Assembly (NCBI RefSeq): GCF_006345805.1 | Contig: NC_043002.1 | Coordinates: 16,616,001 to 16,680,000, forward strand | Origin: Octopus sinensis | Taxonomy: Eukaryota | Direction: 5' to 3' | DNA length: 64,000 nucleotides | Part shown: piece after piece, positions 26,932 through 38,829 of the stretch | Numbering within the stretch: position 1 is the first letter of the stretch | Layout: each line of letters begins with the position of its first letter | Translations under genes and position numbers: made by a program | Notes under the pieces: model-generated | Told to the model about the DNA's origin: nothing | The model's database searches: none | What the model saw: the letters and a program-made list of their open reading frames with translations, nothing else

Positions 26932-26982
26932 AGCTTCCTGATGATTTCTTTTGAATGAAACAGTTCTAGTCCTGTAGAAGCT
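26932..26982 (+). ncRNA. Type I hammerhead ribozyme in the PLE pseudo-LTR
   Basis: Helix I AGCTTC/GAAGCT, core CTGATGA 26938-26944, helix II TTC-TTTT-GAA, GAAA 26957-26960, helix III ACAG/CTGT with a CTAG palindrome in the loop, GUA triplet with cleavage after 26976. Confidence 0.92.
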
Positions 26983-27062
26983 CCTTCTATAAAATAAATT
27001 AATTTACTCTGCTATGTATTGAGTACCTTATTGACTGTGGTTAACCCCGACTCAACCCGGGA

Positions 27063-27110
<48 letters not shown>

Positions 27111-27551
27111 ATACGTATTTTTGTCTGCGTGCGTGTATGCATACCTCTACATGTACGCATGTGTTTGTACATCTGGATACTTATACATGAATATATATAT
27201 ATATATGCATGTATGTATGTATGTATAATGCATGCATGCATGGATATATACGCGTTTATAAGTATATGTATATGCGTATGTGCTTGTAATTGTATATTAC
27301 TGATTTTAGCCTATCGAGTTTTATTTTAGACTTGTTTTCACATCATAAGTTATGCAGTGCTCTCTACTTCCCTTAAGCTTGTTGAATTAGTGGGTTTCCT
27401 CGTATTATAAGAATCACTAACTCTCGTGTAATTCTAATAAATAACAAAATATACACGCGACAAAAAATTTGAAATATTTCTTGTATGGCAAGTCGATAAG
27501 CATGATAACATGTGGTGAAACTGAATCACTTTAGGAACTTCCTTTTTTCAG

Positions 27552-27616
27552 TAATATGAAACACGTGATCCCTGTTTTTGTTTTTACATTATTCCTTATG
27601 GCTTTGGGCACAGACT
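27552..27616 (+). CDS. Candidate first coding exon encoding a signal peptide (MKHVIPVFVFTLFLMALGTD)
   Basis: Strong acceptor TTCCTTTTTTCAG, ATG at 27556, basic N-region, hydrophobic core and small-residue C-region, phase-1 donor T|GTATGG. No homology recognised. Confidence 0.45.
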
Positions 27617-28239
27617 GTATGGTTTCTGATACATATCCATTGCAGATATGTAAATATTCTTTCATGACGATTTTCATATGCTTCCATATTTTTATTTCCT
27701 TTTTCCTTTATTACATTAAGGCATATTGCTTCACTGGCTTAAAATAGTTTCATTGTCACGTCGTGATATTGGTGACAAGTACGACAATTTACTTTTCCGA
27801 TTCCAGAATTTAGCATCCTGTAAAATTAAATTCATTAAAAAAATGATCGTGCTATTAAAATTCTAAAAGAAAATTCCTTGAAAGCATATTTTGGAGATAT
27901 ATGTCGTGGGTGTGAAATTGGCTTTCGATAGGCAAATAATTTTTAATTCCTTCTCGTGAGTCCGTAAATCTTAAATAAAACATTGTTGCTTGCTCTCTAC
28001 GCTTGTTCCAGATATTCATTTTCGTACATTTCTGCTGAAATTAAATGCATCCATGCACTGAACAATTGCCGTCATTTGAATAATATATTTAGAAATATTT
28101 GTATTTCTGCAGGACTTTTATTCGATAGTAGTACTATCAAAACTATAACATTCACATATTCGAGAAATGGTCTTTATTTTATTCTGTTCCTCTTGATAAT
28201 TATATTCTGGTAACTTCTAGTAAGTAATCATTTAAAATG

Positions 28240-28425
28240 TTGGCACAAGGCCAGCAGGCCCAGAGAGTGGTAATGCGGTTACATCGACACCAGTGCTCAG
28301 TTGGTACTTATTTTATCGAGCGCGAAATGAAGAGACCCAAAGTCAACCTCGCCGGAATTTAATCTCAGAAGTTGAAGATTGACAAATTAACGCTAAGAAT
28401 TTTGCCCGTTATGCTAACAATTCTG
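28240..28425 (-). mobile_element. SINE family A, degraded
   Basis: TACATCGACACCAGTGCTCAGTTGGTACTTATTTTATCGAG...AAAGTCAACCTCGCCGGAATTT...GCTAAGAATTTTGCCC. Confidence 0.7.
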
Positions 28426-31400
28426 TCAACTTTACTTCATGTAAATAATGCATCATTACAATTTGCAAGTTTTTTAAAAATGTAGTCACAGCTTCTGAAA
28501 AGCTTCGTTCGGAATGCAACTAGCTTGAATAAGGAAGAGCAATGATAGCAAATTGCTTGAGTTGTTCTAGAATTATACAGCGTAGTGGCATTTATGTCGG
28601 AGTTTCAGAGAGTCAAGTATCTTCCGAGCCATTCTTAGTTGGGTGTAACATAATTACAAATAGTGTTCTTTGAATGGCGTAACTTACTTCCCTTCGATAA
28701 TCCTGTAACTTAATCAGGCTCAACATATTATGTTAAGATAAATGTATATATGAAAATGTATTTTTTGAAGTATCTTTAAATATTTCCAATATAATTTTGG
28801 GGTTTTCCTATGTAAGTGAGAAACAAATTTCCCATGGTTAGAAATCGTTTTGATTACCTCATTCAGTATATTGCATCAGCAGATTTCTGTTATATCCTAT
28901 AGCTTAAATCCTACATCTTATACCCGATAGCTTTTAAATCATATTTAATTTTATGCAGTTAAAACAAACCACTGTCATTTCATCTTCGTACTAAATGTTG
29001 TCGGATGTCATATAATATTTCACATATAATATAAAAAGGATATATTCAACAAAATGGTTTTAAACATAGTTTCATATGTACATGTTACTCACTAAAGCAT
29101 TTTCTCGGAGCCCACAGAGATGTTTGAGTTCAGTAGCTTGTGCTAAAAATGCCAGTAATAATTTCTCTTAATTATATTATTTCACCGTATTTATGTGATT
29201 TCTAAGCTAAGCATTAAAATACATCAACGAATGTTTGATTTATTTATAGTACTACAAGATCAAGTAAGTGATTAAATTAACGATAAATATATACGCCAAT
29301 TACCTCCTTGAAATTCTAAACCTGTAGAAGGTGTCGTTTTATGCCTATGGAACTTACGAAAATGCTGAGAACTGTCTTTTTACGCAAAAATACGTGTACA
29401 AGTTCCTGTTAGCGTCATGACTTATCTAAGAAACATAATTGTTTTAACGATACCCTTTTTTATCATCAAGAGAGAATATGAGGTAGCGCCGGATAGGTAT
29501 GATGGAGTACTTTTGCAATACACTTAACATTATAGAAATATTATCTGAAAGTTGAGGAAGTTTTCATAATCGAAAAGATCTACTATATCTTGTCTGACGA
29601 TTCTTCATCTTTAGTTCAAATATATACACATGCTACACACCAAATGGTGCCTGATATTATTTACCAACATACGTCTATTATATCTATCTAACAATAAAGT
29701 ATACCAAATAAAGAATCACAATCAAGAAGTACATCTCACACTTTACTGGGCAAAACATGGTAGGGGCACTTTGTCAGTTAGATAAACAATTAGATCTTGT
29801 AAATCGCGATCAAAATATTATGAAACCAGCATGAAGCGAATTCATTTTGAAAGAGTATTTAAGGAAAATAACAGCCTGGAGAAGTTATTATAAATTGCTT
29901 TGTTAAGACAGGCAAATAATTCTAACTATTGCTCTGTTTCTTTACGAATAATTAGGTAATTAATATATGAAGCATTATTCCACTGAACTAAATCCAGTAA
30001 AAGTTTGTTCTTTCTCATACAAATCATACAATGAAATTCTATCAAAATCATTCAATCACATTGAATGTTCTGAAAGAACGATATTAATTTTATGTTGTGT
30101 AGCCTCAAACCATCGTCGACATAATTTGTTTTTATCATGATTATCATGTATTTTCCTCGACAATGTGTGATCGCTTTGAATGCTACTTCTGTGTGTTCCT
30201 GGTCCAGCCAATGTGTGGTGGTTACATTATTCGTAGGAAAGTATTACAAGATATTTCCATCAACTTAAATATTTTGCAAGTTGTCAACAAAGAATCGAAT
30301 CTACATAAATACAAGACTTAAAATCATTGAAATCTTTTCCAATAAAGAGATGTAATGAAAAACCTACTGCGCCAATTCATATTGCTCAGATGAGTCGACA
30401 AGATCGAAAATTGTCAACCAAGTTGCTGTTAATTCTTGTCTTGTTACCAATATTACCTTGGCTTCAGCAGCGACAACAATCTAAATTTGAGTACTGTTTT
30501 CTTAGATACTAATTAAATATATTTTGATTAAATTTGCAGACAGAGGTAATCGAACGAACATACTATTTTCCAGCGGGTTCGCAAAAATTGGATATATCCC
30601 AAATCACTTCGACACTATACAGATTCCATATTATTTTGACAATTACTCCAGCTTTATTTTTTCTTCTGGCGGAAATTTACATTTTCAGACAGTTTATTTA
30701 AATAATATGCATATCGAACATAAATTACTCCATAAAATAAGCACTATTTGCCACGAATTTTTTTCTCACACGGATCAATCTTAATTATGTAAATTTCCGC
30801 TTCCAGCTTTGTTGTAATGAAATTATTACGTGATATAAGATATCAATTTCTGTTTGTCCTCTTCATTAGGTTCTAACATTAGACACTATAATATTGATTT
30901 GACTGAATTATTCTGTTATAAATAGTGTTAATAGTCGTAGCAGTAGTAGTAGCTGTAATAATAGCATTAGTAGTAGTGTAAAGATATTGCTGCAACAAGA
31001 TCACTACATGTGTCTTTAAGCGTAAATATAGTAGTTCATATTGGATGGAGTGTGTGCTGTAACAGCAGTACCAACAGCGAAATCGCTACAATAGGTCGTA
31101 GTAACACTGGTATAATTACTAATGGGCGGCGTGTGTGTGTATGTATATAAGTGCGTGTTAGACTCTCTCCCTCGGTATCTGAAGCCTCCTATTCCTCATA
31201 TCCTATAAATAGCTATTGAAATGCTTTTTAATCCCTATTCCCTCGACAGACTTTCAAAGTATGTTGGGTGAACTATTTATGTCTAACATAGTTTCAAAGC
31301 CAATAGGGATTTGTTCTTGTAATTTAAATGAACATAGCAAAATGCCTCAAGGTAAACTACCTGCATTCATACCGACACCAATACTACTATTGTCTATGTA

Positions 31401-32673
31401 CTGAGTCTAGAATCGAAGGGTTGAGAATTGATATAGTTTGGTATTGATTTATTTTAAAATATCTCTAGCACTAAGGGTGTTGGCGAAATCGATTTAGCAA
31501 GAGATTGAAAGCGCCTCTTCTCGGCTTGTCAACAGATTACCTCAAGCTATACAGCGCTCAATTAATATATAATCTAAAATTGAGAATAATTTATTACGAG
31601 ATGTCATGTGTACAATAATCTTTGTATTTAAAAACAATTTAGAAGAAAATGTAAAGCAAGTAATTCATATATCGCTATTCTTTATTCGTGACTTCCGATG
31701 AAGAATTATAAATTTGCTCCAAGAAGGGCATTCATATCTTTAGAGTATATTCATCAAAATATAATTCAACTACAGTATCTAAATTGTGTCTGGAGGCGTC
31801 TCGTGTCGATTTATTCCAATTTAACTAAACTTTTGCAAACAAAAAATAATCGAAAGGAAATAAGAATACAGCTCTAAATAGATTCAGGATATATGAATTT
31901 TATATAAGATTTTTTAATGATTTTATATAGTTATGACATTTATTTGCTCTTGCACATTTTTAGTTTTCAGATATGGTTTGAAAGAATAAAAAATTTGAAT
32001 TTTATAAATCAAATGATCGTAGACATCACATTTAACCTGTTATTAATAGCGAAAATTTTATCGATGCGATCGGTTCAAATTCATTCGATTCCTCACATTT
32101 ACCGTTGAAATGAATCCACAGATTTTTTATCATCGAAAAATTTTATAACATTATTCATAATATATCTGACATTTGATGTGGTAACTTATTACATATACAT
32201 ATTGCCTTAAATCAGATTCGAAGTAAACGTAGTGCATCTCAGTTATTAAATACCACTGCTGTTATCCCCATGTTTGCCACAATCGTTTTACACTATACAT
32301 AATATTGTTTCACTGTAAATATCCTTCAACTCTCTCATCGGGAGTATTAGATCAGGCGCATGTTTCCATTTCTATTCGATATTGTAGGTGTTCTTAATTT
32401 AAATCAAAGACAACTTTTAATTAAGTGCTCTTGCATCATCGCAGCTTCGTTTGATTTACATTCAATTATTCAACTGGAAACCCTATGAAATGACATGATA
32501 TGCATTGCTTCTTTAAAGGATGGGGTATTGTGACTGAATCAATCGGGTGACTGTTATACACTGGAATCTATGGTTTAAAACAGAAGTGTTGATTTGAATT
32601 AGAATGAAATTAATATCTATTAAATCTAATGTAATCTTGTAAACTCATTAATCTGAATCGTAATATATGTAAG

Positions 32674-33056
32674 GGAGGCGCAATGGCCCAGTGGTTAGGG
32701 CAGCGGACTCGCGGTCATAGGATTGCGGTTTCGATTCCCAGCCCGGGCGTTGTGAGTGTTTATTGAGCGAAAACACCTAAAAGTTTCACGAGGCTCCGGC
32801 AGGGGATGGTGGTGATCCCTGCTGTACTCTTTCACCACAACTTTCTCTCACTCTTACTTCCTGTTACTGTTGTACCTGTACTTCAAAGGGCCGGCCTTGT
32901 CACTCTCTGTGTCACGCTGAATATCCCCGAGAACTACGTTAAGGGTACACGTGTCTGTGGAGTGCTCAGCCACTTATACGTTAATTTAACGAGCAGGCTG
33001 TTCCGTTGATTCGGATCAACCGGAACCCTCGTCGTCGTAACCGACGGAGTGCTTCC
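32674..33056 (+). mobile_element. Full-length tRNA-derived SINE, family C, with a 12-bp TSD
   Basis: A box TGGCCCAGTGG and B box GTTTCGATTCC. TSD AATATATGTAAG at 32662-32673 and 33057-33068. Confidence 0.92.
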
Positions 33057-33212
33057 AATATATGTAAGAGGTCTTCACATCTGATATCATTCATACGTGA
33101 TAATATATTCGTTACCTATAAATCAAACGTATACGCGATAATCGTTAAACCACTGCAATGATATTTCTGTGTATATATAAATTTGGTATTTGAAATTTAG
33201 TGGTAAATTTCG

Positions 33213-33275
<63 letters not shown>

Positions 33276-33574
33276 CTTTGGAAATGTTTCCTATAGGCTT
33301 GTGATATTTGACAGAATGGTGTTTAAATTAATTATTAATACTAAATCAAAAACATGAACTGGTGTCTCTCAGAGAATCGGTGGCAAATAGTCGAGCTACT
33401 GGTGCTATTATTCTGGTACAGATATATTTATTTTTTCTAGCGGTTTTGCCACACTGACTCACATTATCTCGTTTCCATTTTATTAAAGATCAACAGCTAT
33501 TTCTAATGTAAGCTACTAATGATACACTGCAACTTATTTCTTTATTGCCCAAAAGGGTCGAAACATAGGGAGAT

Positions 33575-34200
33575 CAAACAAGGACAGACAAAGCGATTAA
33601 GTCGATTACATCGATCCCAGTGCGTAAATGGTACTTATTTAATCGACCCCGAAAGGATGAAAGGCAAAGTCGACTTCGGAAGAATTTGAACTCAGAACAT
33701 AGCGGCAGACGAAATACCTACTTCTTTATTACCCACAAGGGGCTAAACACAGAGGGGACAAACAAGGACAGACATAGGTTTTAAGTTGATTACATCGACC
33801 CCAGCGCGTAACTGGTACTTAATTTATCGACCCCGAAAGGATGAAAGGCAAAGTCGAGCTCGGCGGAATTTGAACACACAACGTAACGCAGACAAAATAC
33901 CGCTAAGCATTTCGCCCGGCGTGCTAACGTTTCTGCCAGCTTGCCGCCCTCGTAAATACAGACAAAATACCTATTTCTGTACTACCCACAAGGGGCTAAA
34001 CACAGAGAGGTCAAACAAGGAGAGACAAATGGATTAAGTCGATTATAGTGACCCCAGTGCGTAAGTGCTACTTATTTAATCGACCCCGAAAGGATAAAAG
34101 GCAAAGTCGACCTCGGTGGAATTTGAACTCAGAACGTAACGCAGACGAATTACCGCTAAGCATTTAGCCCGGTGTGCTAACGTTTCTGCCAAATCGCCGG
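33575..34200 (-). mobile_element. Head-to-tail array of three SINE-A bodies
   Basis: Repeated GTCGATTACATCGA...GAAAGGATGAAAGGCAAAGTCGA...GACGAAATACC units, with heads at about 33900-33949 and 34150-34200. Confidence 0.9.
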
Positions 34201-34320
34201 CTTCCTTTTTATTTTTTATTTTTTACGCTGCATCTACTACGGCCCACATATTACACCTGTTTCTTCTTTGCTCTGTCAATTCTAAAAGATTTACTCTCAG
34301 ACCATATAAAATGTTCTCAG

Positions 34321-34394
34321 TCATACCTCCCGTAAAAGGCTCCTCTACAAATTTTTACTATTACCGATGTCAACCCTATAGTTATAAATGTCAA
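34321..34394 (+). CDS. Candidate internal exon (IPPVKGSSTNFYYYRCQPYSYKCQ)
   Basis: Only one open frame and a perfect donor CAA|GTGAGT. The acceptor is ambiguous (AG at 34287-34288, 34299-34300 or 34319-34320). Confidence 0.4.
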
Positions 34395-34714
34395 GTGAGT
34401 AAAGTGGTTATTTAAAATACACAGACACTACTTAACTATCATGTTTCTTAGAGGACATGCCTCATGAAATATATCACAATATATCAGATTTATCTGTTGT
34501 GTAAGCGTTTAAAACACATCATAATAATATTCCTTGTGGTAATCATACACCTTAAAAGTGATGCGACAATAGTCCACATACAGCTGTAAGCAAGTCCATA
34601 GTTGGGCTGAATTTCCTCTCATAGTACAAAGTTAGTATGCGCATACTACCAAGTATTGTTATTTTACTGTATTTTTGCTTGTTGCTATTAAATACAATGA
34701 AATATTGATCAGTG

Positions 34715-35560
34715 AGGCAGTGAGCTGGCAGAATCGTTACCACGACGGGTGAAATGCTTGAGGTATTTCGTCTGCCGCTACGTTCTGAGTTCAAATTCCG
34801 CCGAGGTCAACTTTGCCTTTCATCATTTGGGGTCGATTAAATAAATACCAGTTACGCACTGGAGTCGATGTGATCGACTTAATCCCTTTGTTTCTCTTTG
34901 TTTGTCCCCTCTATGTTTCACCCCTTGTAGGCAATAGAGAAATAAGTATCGTTACCACGCCGTGCGAAATGTTTAGCGGTATTTCGTCTGCCGCTATGTT
35001 CTGAGTTCAAATTGCGCCGAGGTAGACATTGCCTTTCATCCTTTCGGGGTCGATTAGATAAGTACCAGTTACGTACTGGGGTCGATATAATCGACTTAAT
35101 CCGTTTGTCTGCCCTTGTTCGTCACCTCTGTGTTTAGCCCCTTGTGGGTAGTAAATAAATGGTTATTTCGTCTGCCTTTACGTTCTCAGTTCAAATTCCG
35201 CTGAGGTCGAATTTGCCTTTCATCCTTTCGGGGTCGATTAAATAAGTATCAGTTACGCACTGGGGTCGATATAATCGACTTAATCCGTGTGCCTGTCCTT
35301 GTTTGTCCTCTTTGCGTTTAGCCCCTTGTGGGTAGTAAAGAAATAAGAATTATTACCACCCCGGGCGAAATGTTTAGTAGTATTTTTTCTGCTGTTACGT
35401 TCTCAGTTCAAATTCCGCAGAGGTCGACTTTGCCTTTTGTCATTTCGGAGTAGATTAAACAAATACCAGCTACTCACTGGGGTCGACGTAATCGGCTTAA
35501 TCCCTTTGTCTGTCCTTGTTTGTCCCCTCTATGTTTAGACCTCTGTGGGCAATAAAGAAA
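34715..35560 (+). mobile_element. Head-to-tail array of four SINE-A copies
   Basis: Head GAGCTGGCAGAATCGTTACC at about 34723, then four bodies with GTTCTGAGTTCAAATT...TTTGCCTTTCATC...CCCCTTGT...GAAATA. Confidence 0.9.
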
Positions 35561-38500
35561 TAAATACAATATTGATCAGCTGTATTAGTAATTAATATTC
35601 ATCCTGTTGAGCGTATTTTTACGCGTATGCCATGTGCATCGGAATACACATTTTATTCATTTTGTGTTTCTGGCATCATTAGTTTTTCAGATCGAAATGT
35701 TATATTAATATATTTCGGATATTTCATAATACTCCAAATTTAGTCTGAAATGAATAATAGATATTACGTTTATTTTAATGAATCAAAAGGAATCTGAAGA
35801 AATTTAGTAAATTTAGATTCAAACTGTAATTCAAGCTTTATAACATATTTCAATGGATATTTCTTGCAAATCTCATTTCACAAAATATATCTCACTTAAT
35901 TTCCGAATTATAGTACATGTAGCTAACCTCAGCTTTTGATTTTCTACGCATAGCATTTAGAACTTAATTACGATAATTAACTTGTATTTCACGTTCTATT
36001 TTGCTCAGTATCTTCTGGGATTAATTTTCAGAGCAGTTGCTCTGAGATTATCAAAAATCGAGGATATATAGTTTTAAACTTTGAAACATTTTTGGTGTCG
36101 AAATTTAATAATTGAGCCTATGTAAAAATAATACTTAGATATTAATGAATAAATTATGAGACATATTAGTTACGTGCCTAGGCTTGAAATAAAGTCTGAG
36201 TATTTCGTTGCAACATCTACACTTCACAAGGTGATACTCTGTGTGTTGTTTCTTTATGATTCGTTCGAACCCTCCTAGACATGTGTTGATACACCAGAAC
36301 TATACATCGAAAAATGCGAACTACGACGTTCTTAAAAGTAGACGTGACGCAGGTGTATGGAACTTAAACATGAATTAAGACAGGATTTACATTCTAAGGC
36401 ATATATAGCATTTCTCTTCTTCATGGATAACTTCTGCTCATATATATTCTACATAGTAGAAGATTTACATATTCACTAACTGGATAAACGTGTAAGTATA
36501 TACCGGCTTTATGCTTGGTCCGTGAAAATATTTATGATTTTATTTTATAGTTCCTGGGATAAAACAGAATCAAATTTATTACACTTAGTCATGATGCCCT
36601 CTTATAACTGGGTAGAATTTATATAGTAAATGTTAACATCTGCGGCTTATCTGATCGATAAGTTCTGTTTATTGTATTATTTTCTAAAAATAATGCCCCC
36701 TTATCTGATGATGGACGTCTTTATCTTTGAATGTCTATTTTATATTTTATTCGTACTTGTTCTATGAGCTGCACTGTCCAATTTTTCGCATGAACCTAAC
36801 TTTAAGTAGGTTTGATATTTATCTCTCTTTACAACGATGACGTTTTATGGAGAGTAGGAAGATTCAGTATTGATATTTAAGAAAGTTTTCAGCCAAGATA
36901 AGAGTAAGCTTAGTAAATTAGAAGGAAAAACTGCGTTCGGGAGAATGTTGCTTATGTCATTAGCGTTAGGATATAGGGTAATACCCATCTACATTTTAAT
37001 AATTTTGGAAGTCCGACAGGAATCTTAATTATATCCTTACATATAAACTAATAAACGTTGTCTTGTTTAGTAGAACCATGAAGACTACGGCAAAGACAAA
37101 AAATATCTTTAAATAGGAAGAAAATATTGAGGTTTCAGTCGTTTTTATAGAAAAAAATCTTTTCACCAGATAAGATTTATGGTAGATTGTTTAAATGAAT
37201 GGTCGAGAAAAGTAAAGAAAAAACGTTATATACATAACAAAGAACAAAAGACAACATGAAACATAAAGTTTGATAGTTTTCTTAAGAAACAAAGGAAAGT
37301 GCAAAGTATTAAATCAAAATGGTTGCCTCTAAGGCCTCTGAAATGTATATCAACTCAAAATCTGTGGTAAAGTGCAATTGATTTTCAATATCAAACGTAA
37401 CATTGACTTCTTCCGCACCCGCTGGCTGCCAATATACTATGAATTACTGGTGACACTCTAAAACATCCTGAGATTTTTAATTGATAATCAATGGCACTTT
37501 AACTAAATAATTATCGGTGGTATATTTGTACGTCTTAAAGATAACAGCAACAACAGCAAATACTAGCAGAATTCGAAGGAGAATGGCAACGACACTACTA
37601 ATAACAGCACTAATAATATCAAATATGAAAGTAATAATAATATCCCGCTAATATAACAAAAAATATATATATAAGACGGATAATTCACCTATTCATAGTA
37701 ATTTTGCTCCAGTAAAATGGATGGTTTCCTAGACATCGAATTTATATTTTGTCAATCAATTTCTTTGATTTCTTTATCTTTCATTTTTCACTGTGCCGTC
37801 CAGTCTATGAATACATTAACAAATATATGAATACACTAGTGCAATCTCCTGTCATTGCTTAGCAACAATTACGTTGAAGATGGCAGTTTAATGTTCATAC
37901 AAACATTACTTTTGATAGATACCAAATAATTTCTATGTATTTTTTCTAAGAGAATCGAACTAAAATATCATACTACTGTTAATAATATCTTCAAATAGTA
38001 CAGTAAAATTTCCATGCATTTTCTACAATGTAATGCCATACACGTCAAAATATTTTATGATTTGTAAACAGCTCTCCCGCTGAAATCGTAAATTAAAGTT
38101 GAAATAAAAATAGTATTCGATTCAAAAGCTTTCCAAACTAACTGAGACAACCGTGTATTAAAATCATCAAACGATTTTCAGCCTCATAACTCTTCCATAG
38201 CTTAAAAGTAGCGATCGCTTGGTTACCAATTCCCTCTCCCTTAATCACTAACAAACAATGCTGCTTCCATTGGAACACCTGGTATTTCTTTACCATCACC
38301 ACAGATGTACGTAGCCTTAAGTTCCTAGAGCATATTTTGCAACCACAATTTCTATTTTCATCAACACAAACAATAATTAGATATGAAAAACAGATATATT
38401 CTTTTATTCGTTTATAATTCAATTATTTGGTTCTTTCATTTGTTTCATTCATGAAACTGTGGCCATGCTGGCACATCGCTTTGAAGAATTTTAGACGAAA

Positions 38501-38652
38501 GAATCATCCCCAGAGCTTATTTGTTGTAAAGCCTAGTAATTATTCTATCAGCTTTTTTACGAACCGTTGCTTTACTGGGCGTAAAGATACCAACACTCGC
38601 TGCCAAGTGGTGATGGGGGTCTAACTTATATATGTATAAATCTCTATCTCTA

Positions 38653-38713
<61 letters not shown>

Positions 38714-38829
38714 GACGGCCTGGCAGTGCGTTTGAAGTATATGCTAACTAGGTATCATCCTAGATTCATTGCCACCATACATGCATGTCTGCACACACGC
38801 GAGGCAGATGAAAACACATACAAACACAA

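Larger units (their letters stand above)
22188..27063 (+). mobile_element. 5'-truncated Penelope-like retroelement with inverted terminal pseudo-LTR copy, inserted in (TA)n
   Basis: RT+GIY-YIG frame at 22398-23969. 207-bp inverted arms at 22188-22394 and 26790-26996 (4 mismatches seen). Hammerhead in the 3' arm. (TA)n on both outer flanks. Confidence 0.92.

Noticed and set aside
28113-28209. Exon-like segment with a strong acceptor and a hydrophobic end (phase 1 to 2)
   Set aside because: Splicing to the signal-peptide exon creates TGA at the junction. There is no evidence for selenocysteine recoding or a different upstream donor.
32674-32750. tRNA-like sequence with A and B boxes
   Set aside because: It continues into a 380-bp body flanked by a TSD and has a second copy at 12.9-13.2 kb, so it is a SINE head, not a tRNA gene.
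33575-35560. Regularly spaced repeats superficially resembling a CRISPR array
   Set aside because: The units are SINE bodies of about 190 bp with no unique spacers, in a eukaryotic context with no cas genes.
36279-36352. Segment reading HVLIHQNYTSKNANYDV, spaced like the trypsin Asp102 loop; the alternative frame reads TCVDTPELYIEKCELRRS* as a possible short terminal exon
   Set aside because: No His57 or Ser195 motifs are found nearby and the flanking frame is closed by stops. It was not needed for the exon chain. It remains a possible alternative exon but is unsupported.
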